From a virus, in the IMG/VR virus record IMGVR_UViG_3300033146_005596, positions 62,586-126,585 of that record: a stretch of DNA of 64,000 bases; one strand, given 5' to 3'. The stretch's first letter is position 1, and each line of letters opens with the position of its first letter. The notes beneath the pieces were generated by a model, which was not told where the DNA came from, did no database searches, and saw nothing but the letters and a program-made list of their open reading frames with translations. Positions 36,074 through 45,682 of this stretch are shown one piece after another. The translations under genes and the position numbers were made by a program.

Positions 36074-36646
36074 ATGAAAGGAATTCCTATAGAAAAAACA
36101 CATAATACAAGCTGGAATGATTATCCTAGCTCAGATGTTGATATGAGCATGGTGTTGTATTTCAAAGGCTGTAACTTTGCATGTGAAGGCTGCCACAATA
36201 AACATTTATGGCCGTTTGAAAACGCGGATTGGACTTTTGATGATTTATGTAAAAAGATCGATAAAACATTATCAAACATTAGAAGTAACAAAATTGTAGT
36301 AGTTGGTGGAGAGCCATTTGGTTCTGATACTAATATAGAGTACCTACAAAAGATTCTTGATTATGCTAACAAAAAAAGTTATGATATTTGTGTTTATACA
36401 GGACATGAGCTAGACCAAGTGAGAGACAAGGTAACTGGCTATAAGTTTATTAAGTGTGGGTTATATGAGCATAATAATCTTAATGATAACCCAGGGCATC
36501 ATACTAACGAGTTTGTCCTTGCATCTAAAAACCAAAAAATTTATAATGCAAAGCATGAGCTATTATCTAAAGATGGTATACTAAAGTTTTTGGCGGAATC
36601 AGTACCAGAAGCAATGAAATTAAATAAGGAGGATTATAAGCTATGA
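36074..36646 (+). CDS. nrdG: Anaerobic ribonucleotide reductase activase (radical SAM)
   Basis: GCNFACEGCHN, GGEP, YTG and IKCG.Y motifs. Confidence 0.9.
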   Translation: MKGIPIEKTHNTSWNDYPSSDVDMSMVLYFKGCNFACEGCHNKHLWPFENADWTFDDLCKKIDKTLSNIRSNKIVVVGGEPFGSDTNIEYLQKILDYANKKSYDICVYTGHELDQVRDKVTGYKFIKCGLYEHNNLNDNPGHHTNEFVLASKNQKIYNAKHELLSKDGILKFLAESVPEAMKLNKEDYKL

Positions 36647-36800
36647 TGGAAAAACATTATATAAATGATAGAGGTGTTTTATACACTTCTATTTATATGA
36701 AGGTTAGTAACAACAAGAAAGAAGTTGTTATGAAAAGAGCTCTTGATAAGAAAGTTTGTACTTTTGATTATAAACAGTTTAGAACATTTCAAAGGGCATA

Positions 36801-36833
36801 AAAAAGACCGTTTATTAAAACGGTCTTTTTTTT
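36801..36833. terminator. Bidirectional terminator between convergent genes
   Basis: AAAAAGACCGTTTT / AAAACGGTCTTTTT inverted repeat. Confidence 0.8.
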
Positions 36834-36868
36834 ATAAAGGTACTTAGCTTTATCTCTAAACTGTATTT

Positions 36869-37096
36869 TTATCTATCAGCATACATTTCAGTTCTAAGCT
36901 GCGTAAGTGCTTCAGCTTCTGATATGCCAGTATCAGTACCAGCTATTACCATAGCAATAGCCTCTAGTACATACTCCAGGTTTTGGCCTTGCATTGAATC
37001 TAAGTTAAATAGTTCATCTGCAAATGCTAGTACATCATAAACTGAATTATCATACCTTTCTCGATTACTTTCTTCTTTTAAAATTCTTATTCCCAA
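36869..37096 (-). CDS. Small acidic protein, candidate head protein
   Basis: MGIRILKEE N-terminus. Confidence 0.5.
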   Translation of the reverse strand: MGIRILKEESNRERYDNSVYDVLAFADELFNLDSMQGQNLEYVLEAIAMVIAGTDTGISEAEALTQLRTEMYADR

Positions 37097-37647
37097 TCTT
37101 CATCATTATCCGTATATTCTATTTGCCAGTCTAAATAGTCAATAGTTTGTCTATCTAGCTTACCATTAGTCTCAGGGCAAGCTGCTTTTGCATAAGGTAA
37201 AAGCTCCATATAAATGTCAGCTTGCATTGAAGCGTCAATTTCAGGAGAGTGAAAATCATTAGGGTCTGTTATTACTAAAAGTACATCAATGATATGTAAA
37301 CCCAACTCTTCTCCAATTTCAACAGCTTTTTCATAAAGAGCAATGACCTCTTTCTTGTTAACTTCCTCTCTCATAAAAGGAGTTCCTTTTTCTCTAACTC
37401 GTCTCACTATTTTTTCCTTATTATCAGTAAATAACTGATACCTATTATATTCATCAGTACCATACTGATATTTTCTTTGTGCTTTTATCTGTCCTAAAAC
37501 ACTTCTAAACATACTTAAAAAATTGGTACCATCACCAGAGTTATAAGCCTCATCTGTAACATCTAAAATCATCTGAGCCAGCTCTGCTTCATCAGTATGA
37601 AATTGTCTTGCATACCCTTTAACAAGTAGCTCTAGTGTATTTTGCAT
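37087..37647 (-). CDS. Hypothetical protein
   Basis: GGAGG SD. Internal VRE/MRE motifs. Confidence 0.6.
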   Translation of the reverse strand: MQNTLELLVKGYARQFHTDEAELAQMILDVTDEAYNSGDGTNFLSMFRSVLGQIKAQRKYQYGTDEYNRYQLFTDNKEKIVRRVREKGTPFMREEVNKKEVIALYEKAVEIGEELGLHIIDVLLVITDPNDFHSPEIDASMQADIYMELLPYAKAACPETNGKLDRQTIDYLDWQIEYTDNDEDWE

Positions 37648-37670
37648 ACTTGAACCTCCTATTTTACTAT

Positions 37671-37862
37671 CTAAAACTCTTCAACATCTTTGACAAATTG
37701 GTCGCTTACATTATAATACTCAGCATCAAGCATAGCTAGTGTCCTAGCTATTCCAGTGCCTTAAGCACAATTATGTAGAATATAAATGATGAATTGCATC
37801 AGAAATTAAATCTGTAATTCTGGACAATTCTAAATCTACTGTATTTTCTTGTACTCACACAT
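37671..37862 (-). pseudogene. Decayed late gene
   Basis: ACTAATTA, AAGGAG and ATG are intact, followed by frameshifted pieces VQENTVDLELSRITDLISDAIHHLYST and TGIARTLAMLDAEYYNVSDQFVKDVEEF. Confidence 0.45.
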
Positions 37863-38134
37863 GAAAATACTCTCCTTTAATATTTAATTAGTCCATAAAG
37901 TTTTTTGGGTTAAATACACATATAATATAACAAACTTAAAGTTTGTGCAAATTAAAGGGTCTACTATAAATTAAATTAAATTGGTACTTCCTGTTTGGTA
38001 TTTTGTAACCAAGCTTTCTGTTTACTAAACTTGTTATTCTGTATAGATAATGGAACTGCTCAAATAATATGAGCAGTTGGAAAAGTGACCTTACGCACAC
38101 ATATTAATGTACACGCAAGGCCTTAAACGTTTTC

Positions 38135-40282
38135 TTAGGACTTGTTTACATCTTCAAAATCCCAGCGTTCAAATAGCTCCCGACGAGCGTCATTCCAGCT
38201 GCTAATAGGCGTCATGAAACCTACAGTTCTGGACATTTGTTCTACAACCTTACTACTGCATATAGGACATATCTTATTATTACCTATTGTAGTATGGCCT
38301 GACATACATGTTGAGTAGACCGCGTTTAGTGCAAAGAACTCAGCCCCAGACTTTATAGAATAGTTAATAATCTTTTTATAAACCTCTGGCCTAGCAATCT
38401 CAGAAAGGTTAACTGAAGTTATCCCTCCACCTGTTAGTAATTTGTCATATTTTCCTGTAACATCCATTCTCTTCCAGATAGAGGATTCCACATCCTGTGG
38501 AACGAATTGATTAGCATATAAGCTCTGTGGTACTAGCTTATTTCCATATAAAAGTCTATCTACTTTTGCTAGTTTAGCCGCCATAGACTCAGCTGGGATT
38601 TGTTCTATATTAAAAGCATTGTTAAGTTCAATTGACTTTTCAGTAGCAATTTTATTTATAATTTTTAATGCCTCAAAAACATAATCTGTATCAGTGTTAA
38701 ACTTTTCTTGTAAGTTTTCATTCATCTCATAATAGCCAGATAGCCCAATAGTACTAAACATTTTGCTCATCGTAATCCAGCCAGCTTCAAAAAATACATC
38801 TGGGTTTTTCTTAAGAATATCCTTGATGAGCTCTCTATGAGAGATTAAAATCTTAGTAGCATCAACAGTTCTTTCTGCAAGTCTAGCATAAAAGTCTTCT
38901 TCAGACTCAGACTCTAGCGCAAGTCTATTAAGATTCAAAGTTGCTACTCTATGAGACCCTAAAGATATTGCGGTACCACCAAAACTATTTACCTGATTAC
39001 CAAGTTCTAGCATTTCTGGAATAGAACTTAAACGACAACAGCTAGATACCTTGGTACCTTCACTAGTCATTACATTATAGCGGAATACATCTCGGTTCTG
39101 AGTGAAGGACTCTAAAAAATCTTGGTCAGGAATAGAAATATTTTCAGTTGATTCTACTTTAGAAATATGTTTCTGACCAACTAAAGCTGATTTTTTTATA
39201 TCTTCATTTTCTAAGTCCTTAAGCTTGACTAAAGTTTCCTCATTTCCTACAGTTATAGAAATATGGTCTACCGAAAGGCCCTCTTTCTTAGAGCCGTCTT
39301 CCATTGTTAAAATTGTTTTCTTCTCAACTAACTTAGAAATATTAGCTGTTACTACTGGAAATCTATAAGGTGCTCCATCTTTCAGTGGGTCTCCCTTATC
39401 AAAGAAATCCATAAAATTTTCTTGGAGTTCTAAAATATAATCAATTACATAATCAATAGATATATCTTGCCCATTAACTTGTCCTTTAAAATACCACTCT
39501 AAGTTATCTGGTCCAAGTAGTGAGGCTAACTTCGGCCTATCAAATATAGATAAGTTTGTGAAGGGAGACTCATTCGAGCTTCTACTTAGGTGATTGACTG
39601 AGTGAACAAAATTTTGAAAATTGTTGGTAATATATTTCTTAAGCTTATCACTATTTGTATAGTCTTTTAAAGTAACTTCCTCTCGATAAATCAAAATATG
39701 AGCTATGTCCATAAAAAAGGTACCAACAGCAATAGCTCCAGCTAAAGAGTTTGACATTTGATGAACTGTCTCATTTAATGCAGAAATATAGCTTACTACT
39801 CGCTTGGGTGGTTTTGATTGTAACTGGCCAAATGGTCTACCTTCCAATACTATTTTGGAAGCGTCAAAACTCCAACAATATGGTTTTAGTATATTTGATG
39901 AATCTGAGAGAGCTATTGACAAGTCGTACATTTCAGCAGCTAATCTTTTTGCTTCTTTCTTGCCGTACATATCTCTTAGTTTTCTGTATAAAAATCTATA
40001 CCCAATGATTTTGTTTATTGGAATTGCAATCTCGTTTCCAAGTGAGGTGATTGTAGAATTAGCCTTGTTTGCATTTTGGTCAAAACTTGCATCTGCTAAG
40101 CCCTTCTCAATTAAGTTTTCGAAGTTAGCTACAAAGTCTAAGTTATGTTTTGCCAGTCCATGTATATCTAATATTTTTGTTGCTATGGTACTATCTTTTA
40201 TACCATACTTTTTGTCTAGAGAGTATTCTAAACCTGATTTGATTCGTTTCTGAGACGCTAAAACGCCCGAATTTTCAAACAT
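38135..40282 (-). CDS. nrdD: Class III anaerobic ribonucleoside-triphosphate reductase
   Basis: PYC, SPFTN, FPVVT, SCCRL, EQIPAES, GG, C..GH/CPIC Zn site and glycyl-radical loop RTVGF. Confidence 0.93.
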   Translation of the reverse strand: MFENSGVLASQKRIKSGLEYSLDKKYGIKDSTIATKILDIHGLAKHNLDFVANFENLIEKGLADASFDQNANKANSTITSLGNEIAIPINKIIGYRFLYRKLRDMYGKKEAKRLAAEMYDLSIALSDSSNILKPYCWSFDASKIVLEGRPFGQLQSKPPKRVVSYISALNETVHQMSNSLAGAIAVGTFFMDIAHILIYREEVTLKDYTNSDKLKKYITNNFQNFVHSVNHLSRSSNESPFTNLSIFDRPKLASLLGPDNLEWYFKGQVNGQDISIDYVIDYILELQENFMDFFDKGDPLKDGAPYRFPVVTANISKLVEKKTILTMEDGSKKEGLSVDHISITVGNEETLVKLKDLENEDIKKSALVGQKHISKVESTENISIPDQDFLESFTQNRDVFRYNVMTSEGTKVSSCCRLSSIPEMLELGNQVNSFGGTAISLGSHRVATLNLNRLALESESEEDFYARLAERTVDATKILISHRELIKDILKKNPDVFFEAGWITMSKMFSTIGLSGYYEMNENLQEKFNTDTDYVFEALKIINKIATEKSIELNNAFNIEQIPAESMAAKLAKVDRLLYGNKLVPQSLYANQFVPQDVESSIWKRMDVTGKYDKLLTGGGITSVNLSEIARPEVYKKIINYSIKSGAEFFALNAVYSTCMSGHTTIGNNKICPICSSKVVEQMSRTVGFMTPISSWNDARRELFERWDFEDVNKS

Positions 40283-40387
40283 CTATTGTTGCTCCTTAAT
40301 AATTTGTTTATTGTATTTAATTAGTCCTTTGAACTTTTTTCACCTATTGGTACTTTTTTATTAAATCCCCACTTTTTTGACAAATTG

Positions 40388-41137
40388 TTATTTTAATAAT
40401 TCTAGCTTCCTTTTGAGAGTTTCTTTTTCTAATAGTTCCAAAGGGCTGTTATATCCAAACTTATATCTGATATACCGCCATGGGCTAACTGGACTATAAT
40501 GTAAACCATTATCCTTGATTAGTCCAAGCTCTTTAGCTCTTTTGAGTGAAGCAAGTACAAAATCTAATTTTTGAGTTCTTAAATATTTAATTACTAGAGG
40601 ATTTCCATATAGTGCCTTATATACTATCTCATCAGTCCTTTCATTGTTTCTAACATATCTTAAAGCACTAGGGTCCTTAGAAATAGCTAAGTCTATAAGT
40701 TCTTTAGTTCTATTTGGCTTGTTAATCATACCCAGTCTACAAGGACTTTGATTAATAACAAAAAAGCACTGCTCATAAGTCTGATTTTTAATATAACCAA
40801 TAGCAGCAGGATTTCTTGTAACTATTGCTTCTTGGCATATTAAGGCGGTTTGGTCTTTTGCTGGTATAAACTCCAGATAATTCCAATCAGCTCTAATAAG
40901 GGCTACATCTATTGATTCCATTTTGGTACCAGGTGCTACAAACTTTCTAGCTTCTTTATTTTCAAAGACAATCTCTTTTATTATATCTAATGGTATCTCA
41001 ATATTTCTTTCAGCGCAAAACTGAAATAGTTTTGCTGCATTAGCTCTAGCTAACACTAAAAACATGCTTTCAGGGATTGGCCCATCTTTATAAATTGTTC
41101 CTTTCTTTGCAGAAATGCTCGGTACTAAGTATTTCAT
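40388..41137 (-). CDS. DUF4116-like helical repeat protein
   Basis: Repeats of about 24 aa of the form T.EL...A....P.AL.YI. Confidence 0.7.
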   Translation of the reverse strand: MKYLVPSISAKKGTIYKDGPIPESMFLVLARANAAKLFQFCAERNIEIPLDIIKEIVFENKEARKFVAPGTKMESIDVALIRADWNYLEFIPAKDQTALICQEAIVTRNPAAIGYIKNQTYEQCFFVINQSPCRLGMINKPNRTKELIDLAISKDPSALRYVRNNERTDEIVYKALYGNPLVIKYLRTQKLDFVLASLKRAKELGLIKDNGLHYSPVSPWRYIRYKFGYNSPLELLEKETLKRKLELLK

Positions 41138-41871
41138 TTTAACTCCTCCAATTTGGTCTTAACCATATTCATTTTTAGCCAATAAATATAGTCTCCAATA
41201 CTCTGGCTTGATGTTTTCCAGTTCCAGCTAAATAAATCAGGTTGAGTTCCTTGGTCTAAAATAGCTAGGGCTGCAGTCAGTTCTACTTTTTTAGATGGAT
41301 TTTCAATAAAAGCATAGGAACTAGCTTTACTTTTTATAGCCATGATTTTTAATTCATCTGTTATTTGACTCTGAGGTATATAGCATATTCCTCTAGCATG
41401 GGTTTTAACAATCCTTTCTATCATAGCCTGAGGAGCTAACCCATCAAAATATTTGTTGTAGTCTTTAAAAACATTACAGCTAGTATTGACTGCTAATTGA
41501 AATAGTTTCTTATCAACTAGCTTTTTGTCTATCAAATAGATATTCCTGCCATTTTGTTTTACGGCTATAACTGCTAGGTCATAAGTTTGTTTGTTTGATG
41601 GAATTTCAGAAATCGTACTGCCTTGAAGTAAAATAGCAATTTTACAAAGTTGGTCAGACGGATTTTTGATTAAACTAATAACATCAGGATTTTTTCTAAC
41701 TGCATATTCTAGAATGTACTCAGGCGGTTTTAGCATATCTTTAATTGAGTATGGATTGTTTTCAATTGCAGCTTTTGCCTCAGCGTCTATTAGCTCTCGG
41801 CCTATGTTTTTTATCATTCCTGCCCCATAAATATTTATAGATTTTTCTAGGCTTGTTACTTTCTGAGGCAT
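41134..41871 (-). CDS. DUF4116-like helical repeat protein
   Basis: AVRKNPDVISLIKNPS-type repeats. Confidence 0.7.
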   Translation of the reverse strand: MPQKVTSLEKSINIYGAGMIKNIGRELIDAEAKAAIENNPYSIKDMLKPPEYILEYAVRKNPDVISLIKNPSDQLCKIAILLQGSTISEIPSNKQTYDLAVIAVKQNGRNIYLIDKKLVDKKLFQLAVNTSCNVFKDYNKYFDGLAPQAMIERIVKTHARGICYIPQSQITDELKIMAIKSKASSYAFIENPSKKVELTAALAILDQGTQPDLFSWNWKTSSQSIGDYIYWLKMNMVKTKLEELK

Positions 41872-42059
41872 AGCTCCTCCAAAAAGCTTTTTGTTCTCTT
41901 AAAATCAGGATATAAACCAAAATACTCTTCCATACCGTTCCACTCAAGCGCAAACTCGTACTTACCCTGCCTTTTATAGATAACTGTACATTCATTGTAT
42001 AGAAAATATTTTTCTAAAATTTTGTTCAGCTCTAATAGCTCCATCTTCAATTTTTCCAT
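41856..42059 (-). CDS. Hypothetical protein
   Basis: GAGGAG SD, overlapping its neighbours. Confidence 0.5.
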   Translation of the reverse strand: MEKLKMELLELNKILEKYFLYNECTVIYKRQGKYEFALEWNGMEEYFGLYPDFKRTKSFLEELCLRK

Positions 42060-42409
42060 ATTGACTCCTCTAGCTTTTCTAAAGCTTCTAACTTTGCTAG
42101 TGTTTTTAACCGCTTCCTCAAGTCCTCATACGTATCAGACTTTTTATTAAAATTTTCAAAGTTTTTAATATAAGGAACAGTCAAAAGACTAGTCCCTACT
42201 GCAAGGTATGAAATGTTATAATCCAAAATATTTTTAGGTACTGCCCTAATATTTATGTGAGCATTAAACTTAACTTGAACCGCAATCTTGCATATTGCAT
42301 AATTTCGGTCTTCTTTAGGAATTTTGTCAAGGTTTATTATTCCCTTACTTAATTGAATTACTTGCAATGCAAGTAATTCTTTTTTAGACAGTTCCATTTT
42401 TGGATTCAC
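42047..42409 (-). CDS. Short DUF4116-like repeat protein
   Basis: IP...RNY.IC..AV repeats. Early promoter motif. Confidence 0.55.
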   Translation of the reverse strand: MNPKMELSKKELLALQVIQLSKGIINLDKIPKEDRNYAICKIAVQVKFNAHINIRAVPKNILDYNISYLAVGTSLLTVPYIKNFENFNKKSDTYEDLRKRLKTLAKLEALEKLEESIWKN

Positions 42410-42496
42410 TAGTATTTCTCCTTACTCATATAATATAACGAAGTTATTTAATTCCGCACAATTTATATTACTTTTTTATTTTAGAACTAATTAAAT

Positions 42497-42904
42497 ATGA
42501 ATAATATAGAAAACAAGGCAAATAATGGATTTTTACAAGGTAGTTTGAATTTCTGGAATGAGTTCTCAAAGAATGCACCCCAGCTTATGCAATCAGTTTA
42601 TAGTAGTGTTATTCCAAGTTGTGATGCAGCTCTTATAAACTTTCTAGGCTCATCTAGTGAGTTTTCAAAGGTCAAGGCAGATTTTGCTGTAAAACCTGGT
42701 GAAAATGGTACCGTTGAGTATAAGCTGAGACTTATATATTTTACCCCATCTTTTAAAGATGTTGATAACGATATTGAGCCAGAAACAAAACAAACAGATA
42801 TGGAGTTGTTAAAAAATAGCTTGAGCTCTACTGGATTTTTTAAAGCATTAAATGTCTCATTTGATTTGAAACAGGGACTAGTAGTAATTACTGGGGCAAT
42901 ATAA
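42497..42904 (+). CDS. Hypothetical late protein
   Basis: ACTAATTA-AAT-ATG start. Terminator hairpin downstream at about 42908-42941. Confidence 0.6.
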   Translation: MNNIENKANNGFLQGSLNFWNEFSKNAPQLMQSVYSSVIPSCDAALINFLGSSSEFSKVKADFAVKPGENGTVEYKLRLIYFTPSFKDVDNDIEPETKQTDMELLKNSLSSTGFFKALNVSFDLKQGLVVITGAI

Positions 42905-42944
42905 ATAAAAATCGGTACCAAATATAAATGGCACCGATTTTATT

Positions 42945-43550
42945 TTACTTCTTTTTAAGTTCAACTAAAATCTGTTTAAGAGTAGACAAGGTCTGTTCTT
43001 CAATGGATTTACTTTCTTGGGCTCTTGATAACCGTTCTTTTCTAATCTGAACAGCTTCATCAAATTGCTCAGAATAACTTTCTGTTGGTAAAAATCCAAA
43101 CTCTGCTTCAAATGCAACATCTGTCAAAGCTAAAACAGTTAGGTCTTTGTTTAAGTCCTGTTGTTCTAAATTAAATAAATCTGAAAAACTAAAGCCCGCT
43201 AAATCTGCCTCTTCTAAAAAATCAACATTATTATCTAACTCTGTAATAGTACCATAATAAACATCATTTTTATCTATTCCATAATAAATAGGATTAGGAA
43301 TATAAAACCCAATTACCCACTTAGTTTCATCTTCTGTGTCATCTTCTGTGTCATATGCCTTGGTAGTCATCTCCTGGTAAGGAATAAAGGAAGAAGGGTA
43401 AGGGTCTTTAAACAATTCTTCTGGTGATGGCCCACCAAGTTCTGATGAGGCTTTACCAGCCCTTCGCTCTGTAATTTTCTTGGCCATCATGTTAGCCATT
43501 GATGCTGATTGGTCTGGACTGTCAAAAAGTTCTGAAATTCCGTCTGTCAT
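42945..43550 (-). CDS. Acidic hypothetical early protein
   Basis: Early-type promoter variant and AGGAG SD. Confidence 0.6.
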   Translation of the reverse strand: MTDGISELFDSPDQSASMANMMAKKITERRAGKASSELGGPSPEELFKDPYPSSFIPYQEMTTKAYDTEDDTEDETKWVIGFYIPNPIYYGIDKNDVYYGTITELDNNVDFLEEADLAGFSFSDLFNLEQQDLNKDLTVLALTDVAFEAEFGFLPTESYSEQFDEAVQIRKERLSRAQESKSIEEQTLSTLKQILVELKKK

Positions 43551-43850
43551 TGTGTAATCTCCTATATAAATAATATAACGGAAGTTTATATATCCGTGTA
43601 ACTATTATAATTAGTTATATTTTATTTAATAGTATTTATATAAGCTAGTTATACAAAGAGGTGATTTATGACAAAAAAAGTTAAGATTTGGGATTCCGGG
43701 TACCAACATTATAGTAGAATCTGTGATGTTATTAGGGTTTGAAGGTACAAAAGTTCCTATTTCACAAAGAAAAGCTTTGGTCCAGCAAAGTAATTAAAAA
43801 TTGGCACTCTCTTCTGATTATTAACTTATTAGAAGAGAGGCTAAAAAATT

Positions 43851-44975
43851 ATGACAAAATATAAATTACTAAAATCATATCCTGCAAATAGGAAGCGAGA
43901 TTCTTGGAATAATCTAGGTGCTTTGGAAATAGTACTAAGTACCAAGGTTTTAAATGCTGATTCTATTTATTTAATCAACGATGCTACTTCATCTTTTGAT
44001 GGTTATCTAATTTATAGTAATGAGTTTTATGATAAAGAGCTAGATTGGACAAATTGTGTTGTTGAAGATTTAGACAAGGGATATTTCTCTTTTGAAAATC
44101 AAATAATAACTCCTTATTTTAGGATTGTTGCAAGCAAAGATGAAATAGATAATATTGTTGAGCCATTGGACCCTGACTTTTTACCGTATCAAGAATTAAA
44201 AACATCAAAAATAAAAATACCCGATGATATTTATGAGCAGATACTCAATGAAATTGGAGTGCCGTTTATAACAGAAGATGAGCTAGAATATACAAGACAA
44301 GAAATCCTAGATTTAATGATTGCACCGGCTTTTGATATTTATTTTAAGTGGTTTCCTATCATAGAGACAGAGGGTATTTTTAATGGTTATTCTAAAAAGT
44401 ACCTCAAAAAATTGCCACCTGATGCTTATGGAGTTCATAGAATTACAGTTAATCTAGGCTATCAACATAACAATGAAATCACTAATCCACTATTGAGGTT
44501 TCAAGATGAGTATATGTTTGCTGGAACTGGATATGGAGGATTGAATTCTCATAGGTCTGGGAGGGGGAAATCCTTTGCTAATTTACAAGGCTATGCTTCT
44601 ATGGAGCTTGATACTCTAGCAAGACAAAGCATTATCAATAAGTACTCAAGGGTACATTTTAAATTAAAAACTATAGATGGTGAAAGATATGCAGAGTTCT
44701 GGACCAATAAGAAAGGTATGGTAGAGATATACTATGCAAAGAAGTCTGATGATTTTATGGATATTGATTTTGCTAGAGTTGATGAAGTTATTAAATTAGC
44801 TAAGGCAAAAGTTTTATTAGCTTTTGGAAAATTAAGAGCCCAAGCTAAGTCTGAAATACCCGGAACCTTGGACTCTAGTGAAATGATTTCTTCTGGTAAA
44901 GAACTAGAAAAAGAAGTTATAGAAAAATGGGAAAACTTTACTAAAGCTACCGCAGTAGTTTCTAGCTTTAAGTAA
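43851..44975 (+). CDS. Neck / head-completion protein (T4 gp13-like)
   Basis: I..EIG.P....EL and C-terminal FGKLR...G.LD...MI..G...E pattern. Late motif upstream. Confidence 0.5.
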   Translation: MTKYKLLKSYPANRKRDSWNNLGALEIVLSTKVLNADSIYLINDATSSFDGYLIYSNEFYDKELDWTNCVVEDLDKGYFSFENQIITPYFRIVASKDEIDNIVEPLDPDFLPYQELKTSKIKIPDDIYEQILNEIGVPFITEDELEYTRQEILDLMIAPAFDIYFKWFPIIETEGIFNGYSKKYLKKLPPDAYGVHRITVNLGYQHNNEITNPLLRFQDEYMFAGTGYGGLNSHRSGRGKSFANLQGYASMELDTLARQSIINKYSRVHFKLKTIDGERYAEFWTNKKGMVEIYYAKKSDDFMDIDFARVDEVIKLAKAKVLLAFGKLRAQAKSEIPGTLDSSEMISSGKELEKEVIEKWENFTKATAVVSSFK

Positions 44976-45678
44976 GAATTTGAGATGCTTTGATTCTTTC
45001 ATAAATTTCGCTAATCGTAAATTGATAAGCTTTTTTCTGAGCTGGAGTCAAAGTAGCCTCAAAGTTTTCCGTGAAGTTTTTTAGTTTAGGCTTTCTAAAA
45101 AATAGTAATACTCCCTCATTTACCTTTAAATAAGTAATAGGGCTTACTGAAGATTTGAGCTCAACAAATATCTGGTGAATTTCCTCCTCTAAAACATTTA
45201 CTTTTTCTAGAAAAGTTTCCTCTGGACTAGCTTGAACATTTTCATCATAATAATTTTTAATATGAAGATTTTCCTGAGTGTCTAATAACTCCCCATCATT
45301 ATCATTGATTTTTATATTTAACGAAATAGTCCTATCATTTTTCTTCACTTTAGGCCCATATAGATATGCAAGAATTGGGAAGTTAACCCAGCCACCAAAT
45401 GATGAGTTGCATTTGTAGTTAGGGTCTTTTAAGTAGCCACTCATAATCTTAAGGGTTGCGTCAACAGCAACGCCTTCCACTCGCTCAGCTGACAAAAATA
45501 CTTTTCCTGTCACCTTCTTAAGAACTATGGACCGAGCGTAATCCTTCAAAATAACAAACATTTCATCGTAATATTTTCGGTCTCTTGTTGCAAGGTACTT
45601 ATCCTGCAAAGACCGGAGCGAAAGCTCCGTATCTTGGTACTTTGGTTTTTTTCTTTGTTTCTTTATAATTGTTGCCAT
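44968..45678 (-). CDS. Second sigma-factor-like protein
   Basis: L...Y....D....EMF..L..YA.SI, VDA, SF..W and ISLN. Lacks an obvious region 4. Start moved to ATG 45678. Confidence 0.55.
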   Translation of the reverse strand: MATIIKKQRKKPKYQDTELSLRSLQDKYLATRDRKYYDEMFVILKDYARSIVLKKVTGKVFLSAERVEGVAVDATLKIMSGYLKDPNYKCNSSFGGWVNFPILAYLYGPKVKKNDRTISLNIKINDNDGELLDTQENLHIKNYYDENVQASPEETFLEKVNVLEEEIHQIFVELKSSVSPITYLKVNEGVLLFFRKPKLKNFTENFEATLTPAQKKAYQFTISEIYERIKASQILT

Positions 45679-45682
45679 AGCT

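Noticed and set aside
39140-39331. Functional intein in NrdD
   Set aside because: There is no N-terminal block A and no C-terminal HN followed by C/S/T. It is reported instead as a non-splicing module.
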